A stretch of 63,602 bases of DNA, the filler included, from Octopus bimaculoides (Eukaryota): NCBI RefSeq assembly GCF_001194135.2. It is 6 parts of 5 records of this genome, joined end to end, with 100 filler letters (N's around TTAATTAATTAA, not from the genome) between each part and the next. Parts side by side here need not be neighbours in the genome. Positions count along the whole stretch, not along the records: positions 50,052 to 57,471 come from NC_068985.1; positions 57,572 to 61,883 come from NC_068987.1; positions 61,984 to 63,602 come from NW_026354635.1; 3 more parts are not named here. One strand, 5' to 3'. The position numbers were made by a program, and so were the translations under genes. The notes beneath the pieces were generated by a model. It saw nothing but the letters and a program-made list of their open reading frames with translations. It had not been told where the DNA came from and ran no database searches. Below, piece after piece: positions 50,067 through 63,602 of this stretch (position 1 is the first letter of the stretch; every line of letters starts with the position of its first letter).

Positions 50067-50225
50067 TCGTTAACACGTTGGAAAAATGGTGATCATTTCT
50101 GTAAGCTCTTTAAGTTCTGAGTTCAAATTACACTGAAGTTAACATTACCTTTAATCTTTTCGGGGTCGATAAAATAAGTACTAGCTGAGCACTAGGTGTG
50201 ATGTAATCAACTCGTCCCATTCCCG
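50067..50225 (+). mobile_element. Diverged SINE family A
   Basis: gttctgagttcaaattacactgaagttaacattacctttaatcttttcggggtcgataaaataagtactag. Confidence 0.8.
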
Positions 50226-51876
50226 GATCTAGTCTTTCTCATTCGCAAAATGAGCCTCCCTTAATTTTGCTCCGATTGCTTTCAATTTTGGTGTATCGAT
50301 GCAACTCTGAATTTTGATTATGATCAACTAATTATTTTATCTCGTAAATTAAAGAATCTGATGTTATTTGGAATTAAAGTTGAGAAATTTGGGTAATTTC
50401 AGCCAATCAACAGAGAGCGTGGCATTAGCAGCTTGTTACCATGACAGCCGCACGCTGTGTTGTGGTTCACTGTTGTCTGTACCGCTGTTATCTATGTTTA
50501 TTTCAACTGGATGTTTTAATTTTTCTGTGTTAGTAAATTACATATTTTTCTCTGCTTCTGTGTGTTAGTATTTTTCTGTGCTTTTTCTGTGTGTTAGTAT
50601 TTTTACATATTTTTCATTTCATAGATTTTTGGGACTCATTGACTCAGATAGTTGGATTTATGATTTCACTAGGTTAATTCTATTCATAAAAATTTAAATT
50701 AGGCATATTTCTTAAACCGTTAGCTTCACATTTCAACAGCCCAACTGAAATTTAGCCCACGTAACAGGGGGATATTTAGCCCACGTAACTGAGGGGGATA
50801 TCGTGGAACAGAGAAACTGTGCGTGATACAGATAATTTGACATAAATTTTTGAATTCTGCATGCAGAAACATATAAGATAAAGGTATTCTCTCCCTTGGG
50901 GCAAATTCTTTCTTGACCAGTGTTATTCTTATCGTAGTTTACGAATCCAAGCATGAAAACGTTACTCAACTTTGGAGTTGTGGAGACAGACGCCTCCTTT
51001 TCACACACACACACGCGCGCGCGCACACACACACACCCCCACACACACACATACACACACATACACACACATGCACTTATATATTAATGATGTACATAAA
51101 TACATGGCAGGTATACATAATACTGAAGTACGGTACGCATAAAGTAAACACATGCAGACAAATACATTAATATAACAAATTTTTTAAAAAATGATAACAA
51201 CATACAATCAATGAAGAGACAAAAGAAACAGTAAGATGTTACATGTTGATTTTATTTGGTATTTCTGTTTATTTGGAAACCTACAATGAACAGGTTAAAC
51301 GCTAAACTATAAATTTCACAGGGTACAACCTCAAAGTTGACAACGCTCCGCTAAACGCCGAAAATTTCTGTCTCGCTATTGGCTAAANNNNNNNNNNNNN
51401 NNNNNNNNNNNNNNNNNNNNNNNNNNNNNNNNNNNNNNNNNNNNNNNNNNNNNNNNNNNNNNNNNNNNNNNNNNNNNNNNNNNNNNNNNNNNNNNNNNNN
51501 NNNNNNNNNNNNNNNNNNNNNNNNNNNNNNNNNNNNNNNNNNNNNNNNNNNNNNNNNNNNNNNNNNNNNNNNNNNNNNNNNNNNNNNNNNNNNNNNNNNN
51601 NNNNNNNNNNNNNNNNNNNNNNNNNNNNNNNNNNNNNNNNNNNNNNNNNNNNNNNNNNNNNNNNNNNNNNNNNNNNNNNNNNNNNNNNNNNNNNNNNNNN
51701 NNNNNNNNNNNNNNNNNNNNNNNNNNNNNNNNNNNNNNNNNNNNNNNNNNNNNNNNNNNNNNNNNNNNNNNNNNNNNNNNNNNNNNNNNNNNNNNNNNNN
51801 NNNNNNNNNNNNNNNNNNNNNNNNNNNNNNNNNNNNNNNNNNNNNNNNNNNNNNNNNNNNNNNNNNNNNNNNNNNN

Positions 51877-52378
51877 AGAATGTGTGTGGTGGACCCGAAC
51901 GAAAGGATTAGAGACGAAAACTTACCTCTCTGGCCAATCGCTCATCAACATTTTCAAGTATCACTTGAAAAGGAAGGTGAGAATAGAGAGACAGTTTTTG
52001 TCTCGTGAAAGTTTCATTAAAAGGTGGGTGGATGTAGTAAAGATGGTGCGTGTGAGTGACGATACCTCTTTGAGCATGATCCTATAAATCGAGAAAAACA
52101 TTAAAAAGAGAGAGAGAGAGCACTTTGCTCTCATGTGTCTATTCCCTGCTGAGGTTACCATGGTCTTTTCCGTAGGCTTTTCTCTCCATGGATAAACCTA
52201 ATGTTACCCCATTTTACACAATTGACATTTTCTGTGATATACAATACCCCTTTTTTTTTTTGTCCCTACCGATCCCTTTTGATCGGATTTGCCTTTTTTT
52301 TTTTTTTTAAAGAAAAGCTCTACAGTTGTATTTGTCCCCTCTGTGTGCAGCCCTGTGTGGCTAATAAAAGAAAGAAAG
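51877..52378 (+). mobile_element. L1/Tx1-type LINE 3' end (ORF2 C-terminus and 3' UTR)
   Basis: ECVWWTRTKGLETKTYLSGQSLINIFKYHLKRKVRIERQFLSRESFIKRWVDVVKMVRVSDDTSLSMIL* resembles L1/Tx1 ORF2 C-termini (recognition from memory); followed by a T-rich UTR ending gtggctAATAAAagaaagaaag. Confidence 0.65.
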
Positions 52379-52379
52379 T

Positions 52380-52414
52380 TATCTACCTATTTATCTATCT
52401 GTCCACCTATTTTA

Positions 52415-52467
<53 letters not shown>

Positions 52468-52468
52468 C

Positions 52469-52514
<46 letters not shown>

Positions 52515-52541
52515 TTATCTATCTAGCTATCTAGCTATCTG

Positions 52542-52622
<81 letters not shown>

Positions 52623-52760
52623 GTGTGTATATCTGCATCTATTTTTCTATCTCTCTATCTATCTCTATCTATCTATCTATCAATTTAACTATCTATTTAT
52701 GTATCTGTCCGCCAGTTTGTCTGTCTATTATCTATCTTTCTATCTATATATATATCTCCA
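52380..52760. repeat. (TATC)n/(TA)n/(TG)n compound microsatellite
   Basis: Directly visible. Confidence 0.95.
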
Positions 52761-53215
52761 TCCGGTTGTCTAACACTTTCAGTCCCTAGAGGGACATAAT
52801 AGACAAATGATAACTAACAACGACCACAGGCTATACATGTACTGGTTATCTGTATATGTCTCTCATTTACTCAAGCTTTATTGTTATGGAAGTATATCCT
52901 TGTTATGAGTGTTTAGCAATGTATATTTCAAGCTTTGGCACAGGTCCACTAATTTGTAACGGAAGCGATATAGTCGGCTGAATTCATACAAGACTGAACT
53001 TTAAATTGTACTTATACTAGTCACTCTGGATAAAGGTAAGACCAGACCGACTTCATACAGTCACATAATCACCAATTTAGAAACAAATAAAACACATATT
53101 GTTCAATCAGTAAAATTGATTGATTATTAGATTAATTACAAACGTTTTCTAAGTTTTCTAAGGCAAGCTTTTTTTTTATGTTCAAAAGATTAGAAAAAGT
53201 TGCCCCTTACAGATT

Positions 53216-53611
53216 CAGGCGTGGCTCTGAGGTAAGAAGTTCTCACCTCGACTGCATGGTTACGAGTGACAGCTTGGGCAAGTGTCTTCTACTATGTCCT
53301 TGGGTCAACCAAAGCTTTGTGTCCGGATTAGGTAGACAGAAACTGAAAGAAGCCTATCCTATATATGTGTCTCTGTGTGTATGTGTGTATGCGTGTGTGT
53401 TTGTGTGTCTGTTTTTGTCCCCCACTTCCACTTGTCAACCGGTGATAGTTTGTTTACGTCCCCTTAACCTAGTTGTTCAATAAAAGAGCCGATACAATAA
53501 GTACCACGCTCAGAAAAAGAAAAGTACTGGGGTCGATTAGTTCAATCACAATGCTTCAAGGCAGTGCTCCATCATGGCCGCAGTCTAATGGCTGAAACAA
53601 GTAAAAGATAA
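53216..53611 (+). mobile_element. Near full-length SINE family B
   Basis: caggcgtggctctgaggtaagaag...gggcaagtgtcttctactat...gaaactgaaagaagcc, internal (TG)n, gtactggggtcgat, tail ggctgaaacaagtaaaagataa. Confidence 0.85.
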
Positions 53612-54552
53612 ATGATAACGATAAAATACTTCATTCAAATCAAACTAGTCTGCGCTATGTAGCGATCTAAAATTTGGGAATTAGGGAACCTGGGGCCCAG
53701 CCTGCTAACACTCGATGGAGAAAGTATATTTTATTAAAGAAATTCCTACTGAGGAATGAGAATTATAATGTAAAGTAGTAGCACTTAGAGATGCCGCTGG
53801 CGATGAATCTGGACTGCAAGTTATTGTCAGTCTACGCAATGACTGTTTACGCTGCACCATTTAGCACTGACTCGCTAAGCGTATTTTCAAGGAAAATTTC
53901 CAAAGTAAATGGAATCTGCATTGTCATATTCTTAAATACTTTGAATGTTATTGTGTTATGAATGCTCAATCTTGGAAAAATAAATCATGGAAACACTGCA
54001 ATTACAATGGAATTAAATGACTTGACACAATAATACACCAATGTACTTCATAAAAGTAATACATAAATTGTGAAGAGCCAGTTAGGTGGAATTATACAAA
54101 CTTCTATTTCGCAATGAAATTTATTACATTATTGATAATTGTTTATTACATCATACAATAGCTGCTACAGTACTACCAATTACTTTACATGTTCTGAACA
54201 AATTGTTCAAGCAATCATTATGTGTTCGTGTTCATATTTTTAAATACTTTCTTCATAAATTCAATATAAAATTTCAATATGATGTGAAATTAATTTTGAA
54301 ATCAAAATATTTTGGTAATTATGAATAATATATTGTAATGGTATTCACATATGTGACAGATTGAATGAATTTATGCTTGGAACACAATCGGACGCATAGT
54401 CGGTAAAACAACTTTTAACAGCGGGTTGATTCTTTCAAAAGGCTTCGTATGGAAGTGTGTGGCAAATGTTTCATATTAACTTTATTATGGATAGAACATG
54501 GTATCTTAAATATAGCCGGATAATCGAATTTTTGCATAATTAGGTATGTATG

Positions 54553-54600
<48 letters not shown>

Positions 54601-54700
54601 NNNNNNNNNNNNNNNNNNNNNNNNNNNNNNNNNNNNNNNNNNNNNNNNNNNNNNNNNNNNNNNNNNNNNNNNNNNNNNNNNNNNNNNNNNNNNNNNNNNN

Positions 54701-54993
54701 GGCTCGGTGGTCAGAGCGTTGGGCTCACAATCATGAGGTAGTGAGTTTGGACTGAATTGTGTATTGTGTTTTTAATAAAGACATTTTAATTTACGTTGCT
54801 CCAGTCCACTCAGCTATAGAAATGAGTTGTGACGTCACTGGTGTCAAGTTATATCACTGGCGTGGAAACGGGAGGCCGTTATGCATGGGCGACTGCTGGG
54901 CTTCCATAAACAACCTTGCCCAAACTTGTGCCTCGGTATGGAACTTTCTAAGTGTAATCCTGTGGTCACTCATGACTGAAGGGGATCTTTGCC
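54701..54993 (+). mobile_element. tRNA-derived SINE, family D
   Basis: Starts after a gap with tRNA-like ggctcggtggtcagagcgttgggctcacaatcatgaggtagtgagttt; ends gtggtcactcatgactgaaggggatcttt. Confidence 0.6.
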
Positions 54994-54994
54994 C

Positions 54995-55431
54995 TGAGTG
55001 AGAGAGCAGCGCATGATATCAAAGTAACGTTGGGGTAGAAGCATACAAAGCCCAATATAGCCGTCATGGCTACTCGTTTGATAAGGGCACACCAGACACA
55101 TGCAGCACAAACTTATGTCAGCGATATGGTGACTTCATATCAACATAAACAGCGCATGACATTGTAGATGGGTGCAGTTAAAATAAGGTCCTTGAATAAG
55201 AGTTGTTTAAGGATGATGAACGAAAAACCAGGGGTGAATTATTCAAACCCCAGAAATTTCTTCTCAACACATGGCTATGATGCTCCCCTACTACTCCCGT
55301 TCGTGATCAGAAATGAACTTCTCGTCAACCATGAAGGAACATGCTCAACTGGTTAAGGTTAAGCGACTGACCAGCAAATCTACAGTATTGAACAGAATAT
55401 TTGCTGTAGTCCGCAGTGCGTCTGGACATTT
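54995..55431 (-). mobile_element. Near full-length family T copy
   Basis: tgagtgagagagcagcgcatga.atcaaagt...gataagggcacaccagacacatgc...gttgtttaaggatg...ctcaacacatggctatgatgctcccc...gcatgctcaactggtt-like block...gtattgaacagaatatttgctgtag...ggacatttatt. Confidence 0.85.
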
Positions 55432-57471
<2,040 letters not shown>

Positions 57472-57571
57472 NNNNNNNNNNNNNNNNNNNNNNNNNNNNN
57501 NNNNNNNNNNNNNNNTTAATTAATTAANNNNNNNNNNNNNNNNNNNNNNNNNNNNNNNNNNNNNNNNNNNN
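57472..57571. other. Artificial 100-nt contig linker
   Basis: TTAATTAATTAA at 57516-57527 flanked by 44 N on each side. Confidence 0.95.
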
Positions 57572-58949
57572 AAAAAAAAAGTGTTTAATTTTAAAAAAAT
57601 TAAATATTCCTTTTTCTTTTCCTTTTCTTCTTTTTATCTCTCTTTTTCTTTCTTTTTCTTTTTGCCAGTTATAAACTTAAAAGTTGAAGATTGGTGATGT
57701 CATTCTGTCAATGTGGGAATGTAGGTTGCCAACATTCAAATTTTTGAATTTTAATTTCTATAATTTTGAATTTCTATGTATTACTTTTCATTTTGAACTC
57801 GACAAAGCTGTCAAAATATCATTCAAACCAATAAAATATCTATTGCAAATGCATTGCATTCTTCGTATTGTCTATTTACATTTGTGAGGATTTACTTCAA
57901 TCCTTTCAGAATATAATTATTATCACTATTATTATCATTTATATATTAATACACTAAGGCCAAAATGCATTATCCTATTATGTGTTTAATTGAAAGGAAA
58001 GGTGAAGAGGGAGAGAGAAGTGTTAATGACATGAGGTAAGGGGAACATAATAGTTATTACGTGGTTAAAAAATTAGTTAAAGAGAGTAATGTAGAGAAAG
58101 AGAGTTAGAAATAGAATGTTTAGCAGGGAGGTGATGTTCTGGTAGTGAGGTTAAAGAAAGGTTAATAGGAAGAGAGAAAGTAGTGATTTTATTGCCAGCT
58201 GATGCATTAAGCTGTCATGTAGTTAGAGGAAGCAAGACATGAACAGAAAGAGAAAAAGAGAAATGATAATGATGCGAAGAGGGGAATAACATGGTCAAAA
58301 AGTTTGTTAAAGTAAGAGATAGGGAAAAAGAGAGAAATATTAACTGTTTAGCAGAGGGAAATTTTAAGCATCACATATTATTGTGACAAGAAAAAAACAT
58401 TTTGATATTCAATTTTTTTATATCTTCTATCTGTCAATCTATTTATCTGTCTATCTACATTGACAAATATATCAGTGGCTGGACAGAAGAAGGAAGACTT
58501 ACATGAGATATGATAGTAAACTTATTATAATAGAAAAAATATATTTTTCAATGAAAGCTAATTAACTTGGCAAAATAGCCATTATGTTATTAATCTTTTT
58601 TTAAATTTGTTATTCAAACGTTGTGTTGACAGCTGGAAAAGTAGATATAAGCAAACAAGTGAAATGAACTGAAATGAAATAATCTTGGTTGGCGAGGAAC
58701 TTAGATTGAATTTGTTACTGAAAGCTATAATGGTGGTGGTGGTGGTGGTGGTGGTGGTGAATNNNNNNNNNNATTTGTTTTTAAAATATGGATGATAGAC
58801 AATATAAGCTAATGAGAGAAACAATGAGACAGAATAGGCAACAACGTAAAGATAAGCAGAGAGTCAAATCACAGAACAAGCACAGGAGCATCAGCCTGCA
58901 GAAGGGAAAAAAAAATCAAAGAATATAGAGTGAGTATTTACAACAGATG

Positions 58950-59155
58950 AGGACTGAGACCTTTGGCATTACTCTGTGCTTGAGAAGAAGACCTATCAAG
59001 CCAAGTGAAATTGTAGTCATGGTAGATACTGGTGTCATGCAAATGGCACCCATGCTGGTGGCACATAAAAGTACCCATTACACTCTCATCCCCTTTGGTA
59101 CTCATCCTCTCCCCCGAAATTTCAGGCTTTGTGTCTATAGTAGAAAGGATTATTA
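58950..59155 (+). mobile_element. SINE-like fragment (family E-related) joined to a family A 3' end
   Basis: cttgagaagaagacctatcaagccaagtg...ggcacccatgctggtggcacataaaag..ccattacactctc, then cccccgaaatttcaggctttgtgtctatagtagaaaggattatt (family A tail). Confidence 0.5.
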
Positions 59156-59169
59156 TAATTATAATTATT

Positions 59170-59390
59170 AAGGTGGTGAGCTGGCAGAATCGTTAGCATG
59201 CTGGACAAAATGCTTAGTGGTATTTCACCTGTCATTATATTCTGAGTTCAAATTCCACCGAGGTCGACTTTGACTTTCATCCTTTTGTGGTTGATAAATT
59301 AAGTACCAGTGAAACACTGGGGTTGAATTAATCAACTAGTTCCCTCCCACTAAATTTCAGGTATTGTACCTTTAGTAGAAAAGATTACTG

Positions 59391-59429
<39 letters not shown>

Positions 59430-59430
59430 T
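59170..59430 (+). mobile_element. Full-length SINE family A with (TTA)n tail
   Basis: aaggtggtgagctggcagaatcgttagc...gagttcaaattccaccgaggtcgactttgactttcatcc...gtagaaaagattactgttattatt. Confidence 0.9.
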
Positions 59431-60047
59431 ACAGTGTCAACTTCAATCCATGGTCTATAGACAACACTGAGAAAGTAGTCTATGTACTTCAAATGGCACA
59501 GGAAATATTTGGAGATTATCGGTAATTATGAACTTTCTTTTCCTTACAATTTCAACTTTAATCTATAATTTCTATTTAACATGCTAATGTCATCAAGAGA
59601 TATTTGATGAAAATGCCATTGATAGTAGGTACATTAAAATTACAGACTTAATGCCTAGTTGGTTAATTCTCTTTATTTCTAGAGTTGGAATACTGTCAGA
59701 TTTAACTTTACCTTTCTTCCTTATGGCACAGCAGCCATTAAAATAAATGCCAATCAATAACTGTGGTTGATTTAATCAATTCTAATCTTCAGAATAAATT
59801 CCTGGCCATAATAGTTAGACGCCATTATTTATTCTTGTCTTACCTTCAGTCCTCAATTCCTTTCTGTGTCTGACCACAGCCAACTTTATTGATAGAGAGA
59901 GGAGTAAAAAGGGGAAGGAGGGACATAGCAGATGGCTCAAACCCAGTACATGACCCCAAAGAATAAAAGGTAAAATTTATCAAAGTGAGTTTTGAATGCA
60001 GAGTATTTTCTCACACACTCACATATACATGCATGCATGCGCGTGTG

Positions 60048-60095
<48 letters not shown>

Positions 60096-60615
60096 TGCAT
60101 GCATATAATAAATATTGTCATTTGTCAAATATAAAAGGAAGAAGTTTTTCTCCTATGACATACAATATAATATCCAGAATATTTTGCATCTGAACCTACC
60201 TAGACATACTAAAGATAAATATGCAAATGCTTGTTTCAGATGTCACTGTAGACGGTGAAAATAATGACTTTTTAATCAGTTTACAGATATAAGTACCAAT
60301 TAGCAAACAATTCTGTTCACTGAAAGTATAAACAAAACCAACAGCTTTGGTTCCTCTCAGAGTTCTGGCTACTTCTGGCTGACAAGACACAACATATCAA
60401 AACACTGATATCCCAGAATGCTATGCACCAATGAAACAAGCATATAGAATACACAGTTGTCTAAAAGGGACATACACAGTTGTCTAAAATGGGCATACAC
60501 TATAGCAACCAGCATATTTTGCATCAGAACCTGCCTGGTCATGTTAAGAATAAACATACAAGTGTTCATTCTAAGTCTTGCTGTAGATGGTACAAATGAT
60601 AGTTTTTTTATATAT

Positions 60616-60947
60616 AAGGCACAGGTATAGCTATATGGTAAGAAGTTTGCTTCCCAACAACATGGTTCTTGGTTCAATCCTACTATGTAACACTTTGGAC
60701 AAGTGTCTCCCCTAAAGCTCTGGACTAACCAAAGCCTTTTGAGTGGATTTGGTAGACAGAAGCTGAAAGGATATATATATGTGTGTGTGTTTGTCTCCCA
60801 CCACCATTTGACAACCAGTGTTGGTTTGTTTACCATAACTTGGTGGTTTGGTAAAAAGAGGCTAGAATAAGTACTAGATTTTAAGTTCTGGGGATTGATT
60901 TGTTTAACTAAACCTTGTAGTTTAATAACTGAAACAAGTAAAAAAAA
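60616..60947 (+). mobile_element. SINE family B
   Basis: aaggcacaggtatagctatatggtaagaagtttgcttcccaac (A box) ..ggttcaatcc (B box) ...gagtggatttggtagacag...gaaacaagtaaaa. Confidence 0.85.
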
Positions 60948-60959
60948 TCTGTGACACTC

Positions 60960-61390
60960 TGTTGCTCATTAAACAGATGGAAATAGTAATATATACTACA
61001 TATTGCCCACTAGATGTTCCAAATCATGGGGACTCATTTGAAGAGAGCCTCCAAAAGATGAAAGAAGTATTAAATAACCTGGATGACAGCCTACAAATAC
61101 TTCTTCTAGGGGACTTCAACCTCCCTGCCTTCTCTCAGGTATGTCACTACATGGCCTAAGGCATGCAGAATCTCTGTTTGATGTCACATACATGCTACTA
61201 GATCTCTGCTTTACAAATAGTGTGGTGCTCATCCATAATGTTTAGGTGACACTGGCAATTTTCTCAGATTATAACTTAATAGGACTAATAATGTATGGTC
61301 TACAGAAAACTACAGACATGTAGGGTACTAGAAGCACCCAACTCCTCCTCAGCCTGAGCTTTTACAAAGCTGATTCGAAGGGCATTGACA
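60960..61390 (+). mobile_element. CR1/L2-like LINE AP-endonuclease relic
   Basis: IYTTYCP....FEESLQKMKEVL...ILLLGDFNLP, then LLDLCFTN..LIHNV.VT.AIFSDYN.I and LSFYKAD: the YRPP, GDFN, LDL.FT, SDH and F.KAD motifs in order. Confidence 0.8.
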
Positions 61391-61883
61391 AGACCATCCA
61401 GAAGAGTTGCAGGAGATACTGAAGTCATCTGGAGGCTGTGGTTAAAGCTAATGGCGATTTTATTGAATAAAATTAATTCTTCAATATTTCAAGATATTTT
61501 TGTTATTTTGCCAAATATATCTGTTAAAATGAGATGTCAGTGTTATTTTCCTTTTTATGTAATTTAGACAACATATTCACCACACACTGTATCTATGTAT
61601 ATATACATATATATATATATAGATATATAGGGCAGGGAATCGTCAATTAGTAATAAAATTAATAATTAACAATTTTGCCGAGTAGCTCAGTATGAAAAAA
61701 CCTTTATCGGTAAAACCATTTATAATCATAAATATACAGGGATTAGCAGGAGCTGCTTCTCCAACATACTGAGAATTCAGAAATAGCAGTCAAAGAACTA
61801 CTGATTCCAAACTACAAATTCTTTCTCCAACGGATGGCGGTATCTGTGGCACACACAGAACAAAAAACAGAAGAGAAGAGCAA

Positions 61884-61983
61884 NNNNNNNNNNNNNNNNN
61901 NNNNNNNNNNNNNNNNNNNNNNNNNNNTTAATTAATTAANNNNNNNNNNNNNNNNNNNNNNNNNNNNNNNNNNNNNNNNNNNN
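61884..61983. other. Artificial 100-nt contig linker
   Basis: TTAATTAATTAA at 61928-61939 flanked by 44 N on each side. Confidence 0.95.
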
Positions 61984-62259
61984 GTATGTATGCATGTATG
62001 TATGTGTACATGTATGTATATATATATATATATGTATGTATACTGTTCCTATATATATAAATATACATATATGTATGTATATGAATATATATAAATATGT
62101 GTGTGTGTGTGTGTGTGTGCATTCACTGTGATGAAGCTCCATGTACTAGATCGAATGTGCAATGAAGATGAATATTATTTTCGGAATTTCTTTCGTAAGC
62201 ACCGACTAACATTGGAAGCGGAAACAGCCGAAAGAAATGTATATCTTTATATATAGTTA

Positions 62260-62315
62260 TAAAATCAAAATAAGCAACAGGATATCAAAAGGTGATGCAG
62301 TATGACCGTTTCAAG
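62260..62315 (+). repeat. Dispersed copy of the outer end of the 49.4-kb fold-back arm
   Basis: aaaatcaaaataagcaacaggatatcaaaaggtgatgcagtatgaccgtttca vs aaaatcaaaataagcaacaagaatattcaaggttaatgcagtacgatcagttca at 49380. Confidence 0.7.
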
Positions 62316-62554
62316 CGGCTAGACAAATAGATAGGATAGTTGTTCTAACGTGGAGGATATATAACCATTGTGCCCCAGTATTACATATTTATTTTTATTC
62401 TGTCATTTATCACAATACACGTAAATGTCTCTTCGCTTCCTTAATAAAGAGCCTGTTGTCTGAATTATCAAGCATCATCCTTTCCTCCATGAAACCATAG
62501 ATAATCTGTCACATTTCTTCTTATGGAGAAACCATAGGCAGCTTTGTACTTCAC

Positions 62555-62581
62555 ACACACATATATATGCACGTATGTATA

Positions 62582-62626
<45 letters not shown>

Positions 62627-62990
62627 ACACACACACACATATATATGTATGTATGTGCGTGGTGAGTGTGTGTGTGTTAGTGTGTGCGCGCGCGTGTGAA
62701 TATGTACAGTTTCACTAAAAGTCCTTCAGAGTGAAAAATCTAATATCCGATACTTTTCATATCATGGAAACTGATCACTTTGTTAGCAAATTATACACCT
62801 ATACTGATTACTAGTAATTATGTTTGTGCATATAACTCTGTATATATATGTGTGTGCGTGTGCGCGCGCGCGTGTTTATGTGTGTGTGTGTATGTATGTA
62901 TATATATATATATATACATATGTATATAGAAACACATAAATACATGTACATATATATTTACGTGTATACGCTGTTTTGTGTGTAATTATA
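62555..62990. repeat. (CA)/(TA)/(TG)/(CG) microsatellite blocks
   Basis: Directly visible. Confidence 0.9.
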
Positions 62991-63149
62991 TATAAATCAT
63001 ATGTTTGTGTAGGAATCTTCCTCAGTAAATGGCAGAACTAATTAAAAAGCAGTTCTCTAGAGGTTCTCTCTTTACTACATTAAATATTTCACATTTTTCA
63101 CAAACTTTTATTCACACACCAACAACACTCCAATCAGCGTTTAGTGAGA

Positions 63150-63440
63150 GCTGTTCTTCTTGTTGTTGTCATGGTTGTTCCTGCTGTTGAGTTCACCCAA
63201 ATCGAAATTATCCACAGTCGCCATTCATTCCGTGACCACCCCGCCGTTTTAGGATATTTGGTTCTAAAGTCTCTAGCTCGTTCTTCCAATTTGGAAGCCA
63301 GCAGGGTGCAATTTGAGGGGCATTTGGCTGATGTTTCTACCTGGTGGTGTCGCACATCAGACCTTCCTTCAGATGTTAAAAGCAAAATTTCCTTTTCGTT
63401 ATTGGACCCCCACCCCGCAAGACTATCCTCTATACTGTGA
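63150..63440 (-). repeat. Interspersed repeat containing the family F core
   Basis: tttgaggggcatttggctgatgtttcta (63312-63340) is the reverse complement of the family F core; extent uncertain. Confidence 0.4.
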
Positions 63441-63479
63441 CCCACGTCTGTTCTTTAAAATTAATATCTTTTCTGACTA

Positions 63480-63602
63480 TATTCTTTTATTCTTTTGTTT
63501 GCTTCAGTCATTTGATTGTTGCCATGCTGGAGCACCACCTTTCAGTCGAACAAATCAACCCCAGAACTTATTCTTTGTAAGCCTAGTCCTTATTCTATCG
63601 GT
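63480..63602 (-). mobile_element. SINE family B 3' end (runs off the window)
   Basis: ttcttttgtttgcttcagtcatttgattgttgccatgctggagcacc...aatcaaccccagaactt is the reverse complement of the family B tail at 53525-53611. Confidence 0.75.

Noticed and set aside
51290-51387. CG-containing stretch with ATTGG next to a 489-N gap as a promoter
   Set aside because: A single 5-mer with no downstream gene evidence; the sequence across the gap is a LINE 3' end.
51926-52081. Reading the antisense peptide (RGIVTHTHHLYYIHP) as an ADAM/ADAMTS prodomain exon
   Set aside because: The spacing resembles G.I.T....Y.IEP, but the opposite strand is better explained as an L1/Tx1 ORF2 C-terminus with 3' UTR and polyA signal, and no other metalloprotease exons were found.
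63134-63445. Overlapping ~100-aa ORFs on both strands
   Set aside because: They contain the family F repeat core found at four other places in the window; no recognisable protein.

Overview
AT-rich, gap-ridden draft sequence from an animal genome. The SINE/LINE families and microsatellite load strongly resemble octopod cephalopod DNA; this is recognition from memory, not a database hit. I find no supportable host protein-coding gene, tRNA/rRNA gene or CRISPR array, and almost all ORFs in the track come from microsatellites, N-gaps or decayed transposons. The window contains: (i) fragments of R4/Dong-type (RT + restriction-like endonuclease) LINEs from several subfamilies, sitting in (TAA)n arrays at 27.6-35.0 kb and 55.5-57.5 kb; (ii) a ~0.5-0.6 kb non-coding, (AAT)n-tailed repeat (called family T here) that co-occurs with them; (iii) many tRNA-derived SINEs of 4-5 families; (iv) relics of Gypsy, L1/Tx1, RTE and CR1-like elements; (v) three long fold-back palindromes; (vi) five artificial 44N-TTAATTAATTAA-44N linkers, so adjacency across them is unproven. 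The most interesting signals are the self-regenerating (TAA)n-targeted retroelement nests with a candidate non-autonomous partner, and the fold-backs, one carrying a hammerhead-like half motif. I do not claim a verified new biological system.
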